A stretch of 63,223 bases of DNA, the filler included, from Octopus bimaculoides (taxonomy: Eukaryota): assembly GCF_001194135.2 (NCBI RefSeq). It is 7 parts of 6 records of this genome, joined end to end, with 100 filler letters (N's around TTAATTAATTAA, not from the genome) between each part and the next. Parts side by side here need not be neighbours in the genome. Positions count along the whole stretch, not along the records: positions 49,175 to 56,483 come from NC_068984.1; positions 56,584 to 58,842 come from NC_068986.1; positions 58,943 to 63,223 come from NW_026333035.1; 4 more parts are not named here. One strand, given 5' to 3'. Positions 50,651 through 63,223 of the stretch are shown piece after piece. The notes under the pieces were generated by a model. It searched no databases and was not told the DNA's origin. It saw only the letters and a list, made by a program, of their open reading frames with translations. Within the stretch, counting starts at the first letter, position 1. The number at the start of each line of letters is the position of its first letter. The position numbers were made by a program, and so were the translations under genes.

Positions 50651-53029
50651 AAGATGTTTATACATATAAATATCTACACTTATAACTCGTACTCATATGT
50701 ATATGGATAAGTGCACACCCACATATACGTGTATCTGCATGTCTTATCGCCCCCGTACACGCATGTATATATACGTAGTATACATACATACTTTCACACA
50801 CACACACATACATACATACGCATATACACGCACACACATACATGTACACGCACATATGCATGGATGTACGCACACGCGAATATAATTAGATGGTTGTGAA
50901 ATTCGTGTTTGAGTATGCGTGTGTGGTTAGATAGTGGTTAGAAGTTAAAATATGGATTCATAAGTTTATAGGGATTACCTAAGGGGTATTGTGGAAATGT
51001 ACTGTATGGTCATTTTGGCATTTGGATATGTGGTAGAATTTGAATGTGTGAAAAAAGAAGTGATTACATGTGTTTAGTGCCTCTTATATTTATTTAGCAG
51101 AACTGGAGAGGTGTGCTTTAATATATGAAGTACCTTTAATATGTGAAGGATTAAATGTATATCGACCTCGGAGGAATTGGATCTCAGAAGGTAAAAATGG
51201 GAAGAAACGCCACTATGCATTTTGTCCAGTGTAATAACGATTCTGACACCTCATCGCTTTGAAATATGACGAAATATTAAAGGAAAGGAAAAACAAGCTG
51301 GAATAGTTGCTGATACTTTTATTAATACGATTCTACATGATTTATACAGAAAACAACTCTTTAACATAGTAACGCATTCCATTTAACTTTGAAATATCTG
51401 TCGAGCACATTCTTGGAGCGTCAGCTGTAGTATGGAAGTAAATCCTCACCATCTTGGATTAATAATATGATTATACTTTTATCTGTCCAGTAAAGGGTAT
51501 TGAATCAAGCAATTTCTAAAAGAAATGATACAAATTTATTTAGCCCATGTAAGATTTTACAAAACGGTATCTGAACTAACAAATGAAATATATTCTATAG
51601 AGTTACTAAAAAACATATACATATTTCGGGAAAGGAAGTTGAGTTAATCATAATCCATAATGTTATGTTCATAAAATGCCTGTAATTAGTAACATTATAT
51701 CATGATCTTTGATTATAACACATGTATTCGAACATAATAGAACATGTTTTCTAAGCCGTAAGGTTTAAAATTATAGATAATTGGAATACATAATTTTTAA
51801 AAATATTTTGCAAATTGTTGTTTAGAGTTGTCACCGCATAACTTTACAATGCAACTGTAATTCAAAATTTTACAGAAGTAATAATAATTATTATTTACCG
51901 TTACAGTTTTGATATGAAAATGCTGATTGCAATGTTTCTCTTCAAGTCGATAAATTTATGAAATTATCATTTATTTAATATTGAACTTATTGATTCAAAG
52001 TTGGCAATTAGCTGAACAGGAACTAATTCATATGACTATTAGTGTGGGTGTATGTGCGTTTATAAATATATAGATGGGTATAGATATAGATAATTGATTG
52101 AGTGTAATTGTGTATACCGATACGGTTAGGTGCGACTATATTCGATGTCATTTGATCATTATGTGAATAATGATTGTCGACTCATTTCCAATCCTTGCAA
52201 ATTGTCTATCGACAAGAAAAGGAAATATCTTTCTATTGTCAGAATTGATAAACACAGATCCGGCGTATGATTTGTACCTATAATCTATAACCATTCTTAT
52301 TTTTAAACCGACCGGCCGATATGTAGTGAGTGAAATGAATCCTTTCAGTTCGAACTGAAGAAAATTAAGTGTGAAATTGCCCCTTGCATTCTTTACATCT
52401 TGTTTGTTAAAAATTCCTGTCATTGTCAGTTTGTTGACAATTCATGTCATTGCTACAAGAAGAATTGTGTCGTGATCCCTCCCTGTGCTTCACGCTTGTT
52501 CGGACATTTTAAAACTTCAGTTCATGCATACACACCACTACGATGTCTACGTATTGCATTGAAAGCCTGCGATGGATGTCAGCCCATTACACACTTTGAG
52601 GCCAAATAAATTGGATCACTGATCTCAGTTCTATCTGGGTGCTGACTGCAAGCCGAGCGGCCGGGGAAAACTCTAGCGATCAAAGTAAATCCTCGATTCC
52701 TTAACCAAATTACTATTTACTTTCAGCACACGAGCGCTGAAGGCGATACAGTCAACCTAGGGAAAGGTTATATATATATACTGAACTAGAAAAGAAACGT
52801 CAAACTATAAAATATTATTTGTTTCACACATGATACAGAGATTATATGGAATTTATCACATTTCAAGGTTTCTAGGTAAAATGACATATGGAAGATGTCA
52901 CTGACCTACAGCACCACTCTCTTTTTAAAACACAAGGATTGAATATAAGGCTCAAACTCGCTTGCTTTTCGTGAACATTGAAATATTCGGAAACGCATCT
53001 TTATGAAAAGCATGATGCACGTGTAAAAC

Positions 53030-53400
53030 ATTGACTCATTAGCTATGAAAGTCACCCTAATTTACCAGTCTGTCATCTTGGTAATGTGCACTTGGAAAGA
53101 AGTATCATCCTTCCTGTCGATACCCAAGTCACGCACTGGTTCAGGTACTGGGATTATAATCACCCCTGGGCCAGTGTATCCTGTATGTCTTTTTGTTTAA
53201 CTTTGAGTGCTGGTAGCGAAGAGCTTGAAATTCTGCAGCGTTTAATTGCATGTGATTTTCCTCTGCCCATCCGTAAAGTGCATCCAACTTCTGCTGCAGG
53301 AGATAAACACAATATCTCTACAGTTTGGTATTTTCTGCGATACTTTCGTGCCGTCTGCCTGGGGAGCAATGGTAGCTATGCGGGACATTTGCGTACCTAG
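53030..53400 (-). mobile_element. CR1-group LINE reverse transcriptase relic
   Basis: Frameshifted minus translation ADGTKVSQKI / LQQKLDALYGWAEENHMQLNAAEFQALRY / VRDLGI...FQVHI. Confidence 0.75.
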
Positions 53401-53430
53401 AAAGGGGGGTAGCTGAGGGCATATATATAT

Positions 53431-53473
<43 letters not shown>

Positions 53474-53669
53474 NNNNNNNNNNNNNNNNNNNNNNNNNNN
53501 NNNNNNNNNNNNNNNNNNNNNNNNNNNNNNNNNNNNNNNNNNNNNNNNNNNNNNNNNNNNNNNNNNNNNNNNNNNNNNNNNNNNNNNNNNNNNNNNNNNN
53601 NNNNNNNNNNNNATATACATACATATATACATAAATATATATGCATACACTCACACATACACATAGTTA

Positions 53670-54921
53670 TAGGGTTGCCAAGAAAGTAATTTCGTTTTCG
53701 CAAACAAAGTTACGATCTTTTTTAATGAATTTTGTCAATGTTATGATTTTCTCCTTTTGACATTTGATAGTCGTTACTTTTTGCTTACTGTAGAAGCAAA
53801 TTGCGCGTAATTTTTTTTTTTTACAGCTGCTAGTTCGTTCTCAATTTTATCAAGGTGTGCAAAAACGAAAATTTCCCCATACATTGATATTTTATTATTC
53901 CTGTAAACGCAAGAAAGATGTTGAGGCTCGCAAAGAGATATGTGAAGTTTATGATGCTGATTGCTTAACAGAACGCACGTCACAGAAATGTCTTTTAAAA
54001 TTCTGTTCTGGACATTTTTTACTCAAAGTTGTTGTCGACATACTGAAGTTGATTATGACTGAATCAAAGTCATAATTGAATCTGATAGTCATCTAACTGT
54101 GCGACACATTGCAGAGCGGTTAAATATATCACACACAACAATTGAAAATCATCTAAAATATCTTGCACTGCTTAAGTTCGATATTTGGACTCCACATAAA
54201 CTGAAAGGGATTCATTTATCAAAACGAATCAATACTTGCGATATGTATTTCAAACACAATGAAATTGGAAATTTTTTGAAACGAATCTCCACTGGTGATG
54301 AACATTAGATTGTCTACAATAACATCTATCGAAAGCTATCGTGGTCCAAGCGTAGTGAATCAGCACAAACAACATCGAAAGCTGAATTGCATCAAAAATA
54401 GGTCATACTGTCGATTTGGTGGGATTAAAAATGTGTTGTGTATTTCGAGCTGCTTCCAAGGAACCAAACGATCATTTCAGATATTTACTTTAAACAACAA
54501 ATGAAACTGGAAGAAGCAATAAAAAAACGACCGGAATTGGCAAATCGCAAAGGAATCGTGTTCCATCATGACAAGGCTAGACTACACACGTCCTTGCAAA
54601 TTCGTAAAATTTATTGGTGCTTCTTTGGGAAGTGATGTTACATACCCAATGTAGTTTTCACAGTGCACCATCGGATTATCATTTATTTTGAAATTTGCAA
54701 AATTTTTTCAATGGTACAAATTTAAATGATGCTGATGACCTGAAATCGAACTTCGTTTAGGTTTTTGCTGATAACGACCTGAAGTTCTATGTACGCGGAA
54801 GTTACCAGAAAGATGGCAAAAGCACATCGAACAAAATGGAAAATATATAATTGATTAAATAAGCAAACAGATGACTTTTGTTCTACGCTAAAAAACGGAA
54901 GTTACTTTCTTGCCAACCCAA
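53670..54921 (+). mobile_element. Near full-length inactivated mariner element
   Basis: ~29-bp imperfect TIRs TAGGGTTGCCAAGAAAGTAAT / GTTACTTTCTTGCCAACCCAA; frameshifted transposase pieces EICEVY, WTPHKL, ISTGDE and FHHDKARLH. Confidence 0.9.
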
Positions 54922-56483
54922 TTTATGTGTGCCTCTGTATATATATATGTGTGCGTGTGTGTGTGTGTGCGTGTGTGTGTGTGTGTGNNNNNNNNNNNNN
55001 NNNNNNNNNNNNNNNNNNNNNNNNNNNNNNNNNNNNNNNNNNNNNNNNNNNNNNNNNNNNNNNNNNNNNNNNNNNNNNNNNNNNNNNNNNNNNNNNNNNN
55101 NNNNNNNNNNNNNNNNNNNNNNNNNNNNNNNNNNNNNNNNNNNNNNNNNNNNNNNNNNNNNNNNNNNNNNNNNNNNNNNNNNNNNNNNNNNNNNNNNNNN
55201 NNNNNNNNNNNNNNNNNNNNNNNNNNNNNNNNNNNNNNNNNNNNNNNNNNNNNNNNNNNNNNNNNNNNNNNNNNNNNNNNNNNNNNNNNNNNNNNNNNNN
55301 NNNNNNNNNNNNNNNNNNNNNNNNNNNNNNNNNNNNNNNNNNNNNNNNNNNNNNNNNNNNNNNNNNNNNNNNNNNNNNNNNNNNNNNNNNNNNNNNNNNN
55401 NNNNNNNNNNNNNNNNNNNNNNNNNNNNNNNNNNNNNNNNNNNNNNNNNNNNNNNNNNNNNNNNNNNNNNNNNNNNNNNNNNNNNNNNNNNNNNNNNNNN
55501 NNNNNNNNNNNNNNNNNNNNNNNNNNNNNNNNNNNNNNNNNNATATATTATATATATATGTAGGTATATATAAAGGTGGTAGGAACTCAGCGTATGATTT
55601 CAAGGATGATATTATAAACTTATAAGTCGAATTCAGTTTAACACAAGGCGCTAGATGAGAGTCAATGGTGAGCATTAATAAAAATGTGAAATTACTGTTA
55701 CCTGGCTATGTCAGGACGCTGAGGGTGTTTGCCTCCATTGTTAGTAATTAAGATAAGTGATTCTCGTGGCTATGAGTTGGTTTAATTTTCATTTCTAGTA
55801 ATACTTACACTGCCTAATGCCTTCGGTTAATTTAGTGACGTATATATTCCTACCTTTCGGTTATAAAATTGCGAGGAAGCCCTACTTATTTATAATTTTC
55901 ACTTTTAACATTTAGGAAATCAGCGTATGATTTCTACGATTGTCATATAAGATGAATGCCTCTCAGCGATCAAGATAAGTGCTTCTCTTGGATATGAGTT
56001 GTTTTAAATTGTATTTCTAGCAATAATGGTGTTTCCTTGTGCCCTCCATCACTTTAGTGACATATATATATGGGTTGGTTGCGTGTCTGTGTGTGTTTAT
56101 ATTTGATTATACTCATCAACAGCAGCATCAACTGACAGTAGAAGTTCGCTTGATGCGTCCCCTAAGCTATGATGCTCCGATAAAAGTTAATAGCGTAACT
56201 AACTGGCTTAAAAAATAATAATTACTGGCGTTGATTGTACGCGAAAAAATTTTTAAAATCCTTCAAAGTTGTACCGCATCATGGCTACAAGCCAGTGTCT
56301 AAAACAATAAAATGAAATAAAGGATGCATTCACACTGACATGCATTCATTTACATATATACACGCATATATACACGCGTGTATATACGTGTGTATATGTA
56401 TATATATGTTTGTATCTACAAATATACATCTCTCTTTCTCACACTCTCTCTTCATATATATATATATATATGTATACATATAT

Positions 56484-56583
56484 NNNNNNNNNNNNNNNNN
56501 NNNNNNNNNNNNNNNNNNNNNNNNNNNTTAATTAATTAANNNNNNNNNNNNNNNNNNNNNNNNNNNNNNNNNNNNNNNNNNNN
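56484..56583. other. Artificial 100-bp scaffold-join spacer
   Basis: 44 N + TTAATTAATTAA (56528-56539) + 44 N. Confidence 0.95.
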
Positions 56584-56633
<50 letters not shown>

Positions 56634-56739
56634 GGAGATATTAGTGAGAGTAGCATCAGACTATCACTGCTGGTTGAGAAAATTCGCAATTATCTGAATG
56701 AAGACTGTCGTTTATCTATAAACACGATATGTATACAGT

Positions 56740-56970
56740 TTGGAGTTGATGTGACAAGTATACACTGAATAATCCGACTTTGTTCCTCGGATGCTCGGTG
56801 ATGAGCACATTAAAAACTGTCCCTCACCCTCTCTAAACTCCAGAACTTGCTTCCTGTGACTTTTGGCTGTTCCCCAAGCTGAATGATAACTTTCGGAAAG
56901 ATGTTTTTTCAAGATGAAGAAGGCTGTGCAAGGGGTCCTAGACCCCTTGACTTTCGGTTACATCCATGGG
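56740..56970 (+). mobile_element. Mariner transposase C-terminal relic
   Basis: PELASCDFWLFPKL...[10 protein letters not shown]; related to the relic at 26790-27190. Confidence 0.75.
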
Positions 56971-57007
56971 TTTTTCACACATACACATACACGCATGCAT
57001 AGACACG

Positions 57008-57042
<35 letters not shown>

Positions 57043-57218
57043 GCAATATGCATATATACATACATATATATATTTATATATATATATATTGTTTATATAG
57101 ATATAGCTATATACATATACACATATATATACACATATACATATACACGTACACACACACACAAATACATGCATACATACATGCATGCATGCATACATGT
57201 ATATACATATATATATAA

Positions 57219-57309
<91 letters not shown>

Positions 57310-57443
57310 CATATATATATGTATTTATATGTATACATATATTATATATATATGGGAGATTATACAAAAAATAACAACAGACGAGGACAGGTGGTGTAAA
57401 TAACAAAAGTATATATTAGTATGACGCTCGGGAATACGGAAAG

Positions 57444-57480
57444 TCTTTGACGTTTCGAGCTACGCTCTTCAACAGAAAGA
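57444..57480 (-). ncRNA. Atypical minimal hammerhead-like motif (CUGUUGA core)
   Basis: TCTTT-CTGTTGA-A-GAGC-gta-GCTC-GAAAC-GT-C-AAAGA; perfect 5-bp stem I and a GUC triplet. Confidence 0.55.
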
Positions 57481-57655
57481 ATACGGAGACAAGGAGAAAA
57501 ACACGGAGAAAAAAAATTGAATAGTGTTCAGTCAACGGTCAATCATAATAATGGCCGATCATAACAATGGCTGACTGACCGGAAATATGCATAAATATAT
57601 ATGTGTGTGTGTGTGTAAATTTCCTATATATATACACACACACACATATATACAT

Positions 57656-57702
<47 letters not shown>

Positions 57703-58669
57703 AATGTATCTATGATCTGTACTAGCAGAAACTGTCGTCATTGACCGGGTTGAAAAAAGCTGCCAAAACTGTATTATGAATATCGAAAGTTGTTCACTTA
57801 GATTGTACTGAACATATATAAGTAATAGCTGTTTTCTTGTGGCCAATATTATCATAGGTGCATATTAACTTCTGATCTATGATTCATGGTATTTCAGTCT
57901 ATAAATGAAGTAAACATCGCATAGACTTTGGCTTATGTCTCGTACAAGATAAGTAAATAAAAGTTCGAGGAAGGCTAAAAACATACGTACTATAATTTAT
58001 TGAATATAGTGTGACGTTTACAGTATCAATTCAAAGTTATTAATCATGCTGCAAATTTTAGCTTGTTGATTCGATGCTAAAAACTTCCTTATAGACAAAG
58101 TTTCGGGTTTTACTAGTAGGGTCAAAAATTAAAAGATTATTCTTGCTCCCCACTCTGGATGTCCCAACATATACCTGACCGTGTGAGAACACTGTTCTCT
58201 TCTAATTGCAAACCATCAACCTTCAAAGTCTGACCTTGGGACTTATTAATGGTCATTGCAAAAGAAGGGGAATTGGAAACTGAAGTCATTTGAACTCGGA
58301 GGGCATATTGGAAGGTATTAAGGGTTAGCGAAGAAGGATAACATCTTCACCTTTTCCACAGCCAGAAATTCTTGTAGCTTCTATGTCATTTCTCATTAGT
58401 TTCTTCATAACAAAATCTTGTGCCATTACACAGCTTTAGTTGAGAAAGGTCGCGTAGAAGCATGATTGGAGTGCTTATTTTCAATGGAAGGTAATGAGGA
58501 GGAAATCCTGGTGGCTACTCAACCGGGTAACTGGCTATTTCCGATTCATTCACAGTCTATAGATTTGTAATTATATTCGTTTCCTGGTAAAAGTTTCTCG
58601 AGTCTCTCATTTAAATTATTCACGACGGACTTCATTCAGTTAACGTGTACCAAATCAAATCAGAAGGCT

Positions 58670-58773
58670 ATGGCTGACCGAAGGTCATTGCAGACGACAC
58701 TGCCCAGAGTATCACCTAATGATACTGAATCTAGAACCTTGCTGTTGGGAAGCAAACTTCTTACCACACAACC

Positions 58774-58775
<2 letters not shown>
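58670..58775 (-). mobile_element. Decayed family B SINE head
   Basis: Reverse complement TGGTTGTGTGGTAAGAAGTTTGCTTCCC...GGTTCTAG. Confidence 0.55.
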
Positions 58776-58842
<67 letters not shown>

Positions 58843-58942
58843 NNNNNNNNNNNNNNNNNNNNNNNNNNNNNNNNNNNNNNNNNNNNTTAATTAATTAANN
58901 NNNNNNNNNNNNNNNNNNNNNNNNNNNNNNNNNNNNNNNNNN
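58843..58942. other. Artificial 100-bp scaffold-join spacer
   Basis: 44 N + TTAATTAATTAA (58887-58898) + 44 N. Confidence 0.95.
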
Positions 58943-58986
<44 letters not shown>

Positions 58987-60334
58987 GCGAAGGATATTAC
59001 TCAAGACTCGCCATATATCCGTCAACGCTCCACCGACTCCATCAAGGATTTAAAAGGCCGTATTATGCCACGCACTCACTCTCACACATACATACACACA
59101 TAAACACACACACGCACACGACACACACGCCCATATACATAGATATGATGAGGTGAGACAGACAATTATTAATTTAATTCCTAACCATACCGTAATAATT
59201 TAAAACAAATAACCACCAATTCTGGTCATAAAATACGGGGGTGGGGCTTCGACGCGCACCGATGGATTAAATATTAAGCAATATAAAAAAAAAACGAGAA
59301 AGGGAGGGGCGCCACAGAAATGGTAAATGGTTTACGGCACAAAAGAAATCACTTATTAAAATAAACATCATTGAGTATCTGTTTCCAAATTTAGACATGA
59401 CCTTTCGTATATTTTTCATATTATTGGTCACAAATTGTTCAGATGATGCTTTTTTTTCCTCAGTTGAGGTATGTTCTTTTCTACTCTAGGCACAAGGCCC
59501 GCAATTTTGTGCGGAGGGGAGNNNNNNNNNNNNNNNNNNNNNNNNNNNNNNNNNNNNNNNNNNNNNNNNNNNNNNNNNNNNNNNNNNNNNNNNNNNNNNN
59601 NNNNNNNNNNNNNNNNNNNNNNNNNNNNNNNNNNNNNNNNNNNNNNNNNNNNNNNNNNNNNNNNNNNNNNNNNNNNNNNNNNNNNNNNNNNNNNNNNNNN
59701 NNNNNNNNNNNNNNNNNNNNNNNNNNNNNNNNNNNNNNNNNNNNNNNNNNNNNNNNNNNNNNNNNNNNNNNNNNNNNNNNNNNNNNNNNNNNNNNNNNNN
59801 NNNNNNNNNNNNNNNNNNNNNNNNNNNNNNNNNNNNNNNNNNNNNNNNNNNNNNNNNNNNNNNNNNNNNNNNNNNNNNNNNNNNNNNNNNNNNNNNNNNN
59901 NNNNNNNNNNNNNNNNNNNNNNNNNNNNNNNNNNNNNNNNNNNNNNNNNNNNNNNNNNNNNNNNNNNNNNNNNNNNNNNNNNNNNNNNNNNNNNNNNNNN
60001 NNNNNNNNNNNNNNNNNNNNNNNNNNNNNNNNNNNNNNNNNNNNNNNNNNNNNNNNNNNNNNNNNNNNNNNNNNNNNNNNNNNNNNNNNNNNNNNNNNNN
60101 NNNNNNNNNNNNNNNNNNNNNNNNNNNNNNNNNNNNNNNNNNNNNNNNNNNNNNNNNNNNNNNNNNNNNNNNNNNNNNNNNNNNNNNNNNNNNNNNNNNN
60201 NNNNNNNNNNNNNNNNNNNNNNNNNNNNNNNNNNNNNNNNNNNNNNNNNNNNNNNNNNNNNNNNNNTATATGTATGTATATATGTATATATATGTATGTA
60301 TATATGTATGTATATATGTATATATATGTATGTA

Positions 60335-60376
<42 letters not shown>

Positions 60377-60639
60377 TATATCAAAATGCTAATCCAAATT
60401 CTCTCCCTCTCCCTCTCCCTCTCACTCCATCCCTCTCACTCCATCCCTCTCACTCCATCCCTCTCACTCATACACACACACTTGTACATGCGTCATTTGC
60501 ATAATTCTAGAGTAAAATGTACAACCAACAGCTGACTTTAAATCATTAATATGTAAAAGAAAAAAAAAAGAAATAAAAGAAGGAGAAACTGTTCGACAAT
60601 AACAACAGCAGATTTTAAAAAAAACAACAAATGCAACAT

Positions 60640-60677
60640 TAGCAGCAGCAGCAGCAGTGGCAACTACAACGTTAATG

Positions 60678-60712
<35 letters not shown>

Positions 60713-60806
60713 AATGATGATGATAATGATAATAATAATAATAGTAACAATAATTATGATGGTGATGAGGAGGAGGAGGAGGATGACGACGACGACGACG
60801 ACGATT

Positions 60807-60871
<65 letters not shown>

Positions 60872-61117
60872 GAATGATGATGATGATGATGATGATGATG
60901 ATGGTGGTGATGATGAGAGAAGGGGAGGAGGGGGAGGAGGAGGAGGAGAAGGAGAAGAAGAAGAGGAAGAAGAAGGAAGAGGAAAAGAAGAAGAAGAAGA
61001 AGAAGAAGAAGAAAGAGGAGGAGAAGGAGGAGGAGAAGGAGGAGGAGAAGGAGGAGGAGAAGAAGAAGAAGAAGAAGAAGAAGAAGAGGAGAAGGAGGAG
61101 GAGGAGGAGAAGAAGAA

Positions 61118-61149
<32 letters not shown>

Positions 61150-61282
61150 AGGAAGAGGAAAAGAAGAAGCAGAAGAAGAAGAAGCGGAAGAAGAAGAAGC
61201 GGAAGAAGAAGAAGAGGAAGAAGAAGAAGAAGCGGAAGAATTGGAAGAAGAACATAAAGAAGAAGATGAGGCAGAGGGGGTG

Positions 61283-61313
<31 letters not shown>

Positions 61314-61545
61314 AGGAGGAGGAAAATGAAAAGATGATGGTGATGATGATGATGATGCAAAAGAAGAGGTGAAGCAGCTGATGACGAAGAAGGAATAAGA
61401 AGAGGACGAGTGCGAAGAAGAAGAAGAAGAAGAAGGAAATCAGCAACAACAACAACAACAACAACAACACCGACTTCGAAATGACAAAAAAACAAACAAC
61501 GACATCTGCACCAACAGCATCGCAATTAAGAGCAGCAGCAGTAGC
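60640..61545. repeat. Compound trinucleotide simple-repeat mosaic (GCA, AAT, GAT, GAC, GGA, GAA, CAA)
   Basis: Directly visible; it produces homopolymeric pseudo-ORFs in several frames on both strands. Confidence 0.9.
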
Positions 61546-61699
61546 AGTATGAGATTGGATCTTGATGGAAGCTTTAATTGATCCCCTCTTTAAATCCCAA
61601 TTAAAATAATTAACATCACCACCACCACTACCAATAATAATAATAATAATAATGATAATAATAATAATAATAATAATAATAATGGTAATAAAATAATAA

Positions 61700-62070
61700 T
61701 AACTATGGTGGCTTTGAATTTTGGCACAAGGCCAGCAATTTCGGAGTGTGTGTGTGTGTGTGTGTGTGTGTTTGTGTGTCGATTATATCGATCCAAGTAT
61801 GCAACTGGTACTTAATTTATCNNNNNNNNNNNNNNNNNNNNNNNNNNNNNNNNNNNNNNNNNNNNNNNNNNNNNNNNNNNNNNNNNNNNNNNNNNNNNNN
61901 NNNNNNNNNNNNNNNNNNNNNNNNNNNNNNNNNNNNNNNNNNNNNNNNNNNNNNNNNNNNNNNNNNNNNNNNNNNNNNNNNNNNNNNNNNNNNNNNNNNN
62001 NNNNNNNNNNNNNNNNNNNNNNNNNNNNNNNNNNNNNNNNNNNNNNNTGCTAACGATTCTACCAGCTTGC
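61700..62070 (-). mobile_element. Family C SINE spanning a gap
   Basis: TTTGGCACAAGGCC...CTGGTACTTAATTTATC [gap] TGCTAACGATTCTACCAGC. Confidence 0.7.
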
Positions 62071-62083
62071 CACATTTAATAAC

Positions 62084-62143
<60 letters not shown>

Positions 62144-62296
62144 CACTTTCAATACAGTAACCATAAAAGCATCACAGCAAACCACAGCACATACCCAAGG
62201 CACACAGAGCTGCGCTCGGTAGTGAAGTGAAAGCACATTATAAAAATAAAACTACTAAACAATAATAATAATAATAATAATAACACAATCCTATAC

Positions 62297-62337
<41 letters not shown>

Positions 62338-63060
62338 CAGATACAGTGGACCGGTGGCTATATATGAGGAGGAGTTAGAGACAGAAACGGTAGGGCATAT
62401 TATTGGCGAATGTTCGAAATTGGCACAGCGCGAATACAAAAGACGCCATGACAAAGTGGCAAGAACGAGCCATTGGGAACTCTGTGGAAATCACGGCCTA
62501 CAACAAGCAAAGATGTGGTATGAACAAACCCCAGGAGTGACCGTGAATAAGAATTGCAAAAGTCCTGTGGGATGTAATGATCCAATGCGACCACCTGACC
62601 AGACATAGGAGACCGGATGTTGTTGTGGTGAATAAAAAACAAACAACATGTGTGATTATCGACAGAGGATGCCCCGGTGACAACAGGATCAATGTGGAAG
62701 AAGAAAAAATATACAACTATGGCGATTTGAAGTGGGAAATGCGAAGGTTGTGGTCAATAAAGTGAGTAGACGTGATACCAATTGCAATTGGTGCATTTGG
62801 AAGTGGTCAGTACTCAACTACCAACATGGCTGAAAAAGATTGGTGCAAGTGTGAAGGGAGAACATTTACCAAAATCAGCATTGCTTGGAAGTGCAAGAAT
62901 TCTTGGCAGGGTTCTTGAAGCATGACCAGTAAACAAGTGTTGCCTCAGTCTGTTGGCTGAGAGCAGCTGGCCCTCTTTCCGTCATACACAGCAAAATAAG
63001 CTGTGAGTTTCTATTTTTCAATTTCTCAAAAAATGCGACATATTAGAGAATTTTGGACGC
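62338..63060 (+). mobile_element. 5'-truncated R4/Dong-like (restriction-like endonuclease) non-LTR retrotransposon
   Basis: ETVGHIIGECSKLAQREYKRRHDKVA and IQCDH...RRPDVVVVNK...IID...PGD...EEEKIYNY.DLK match the zinc knuckle and PD..D RLE domain. Confidence 0.8.
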
Positions 63061-63110
63061 TGTTGGGCAGATTGGAAGACTGGCGTAAGAAGCCACTGAT
63101 GAGACTTTAT

Positions 63111-63143
<33 letters not shown>

Positions 63144-63190
63144 CATATATGTATATATATACATATATATATGTACATATATATATACAG

Positions 63191-63223
<33 letters not shown>

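Noticed and set aside
53318-53400. EGF-like peptide YANVPHSYHCSPG
   Set aside because: It is an alternative frame of the CR1 reverse-transcriptase relic.
60464-61525. Long ORFs of 220-350 aa on both strands (poly-E/K/D/M/S)
   Set aside because: Produced by stop-free trinucleotide repeats open in several frames; there is no unique coding sequence or splice evidence.

Overview
This is AT-rich, microsatellite-saturated, gapped animal genomic DNA. The SINE and transposon repertoire suggests a coleoid cephalopod, most likely Octopus (inferred, no database search). Six identical 100-bp spacers (44 N + TTAATTAATTAA + 44 N) show the window is seven assembly pieces joined artificially. The only host gene I can support is the 3' end of eukaryotic release factor 1 (eRF1/ETF1): three + strand exons at 46427-46499, 46943-47017 and 47902-47987. 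The rest is repeats: several tRNA-derived SINE families, decayed LINEs (L1/Tx1, Jockey/I-group, RTE, CR1, R4/Dong, Penelope-like), Tc1/mariner relics, a MITE with an 8-bp target-site duplication, Helitron-type ends and a 132-bp tandem array. The most interesting signal is about nine minimal type I hammerhead-ribozyme-like motifs in several unrelated repeat families. One sits downstream of a tRNA-like Pol III head (20358-20603) and two form a mirror-image pair inside a 230-bp palindrome (36410-36639). A secondary lead is a possible stop-codon readthrough context after the eRF1 UGA. The long ORFs in the supplied track are N-gap or simple-repeat artefacts. Repeat boundaries are approximate unless stated.
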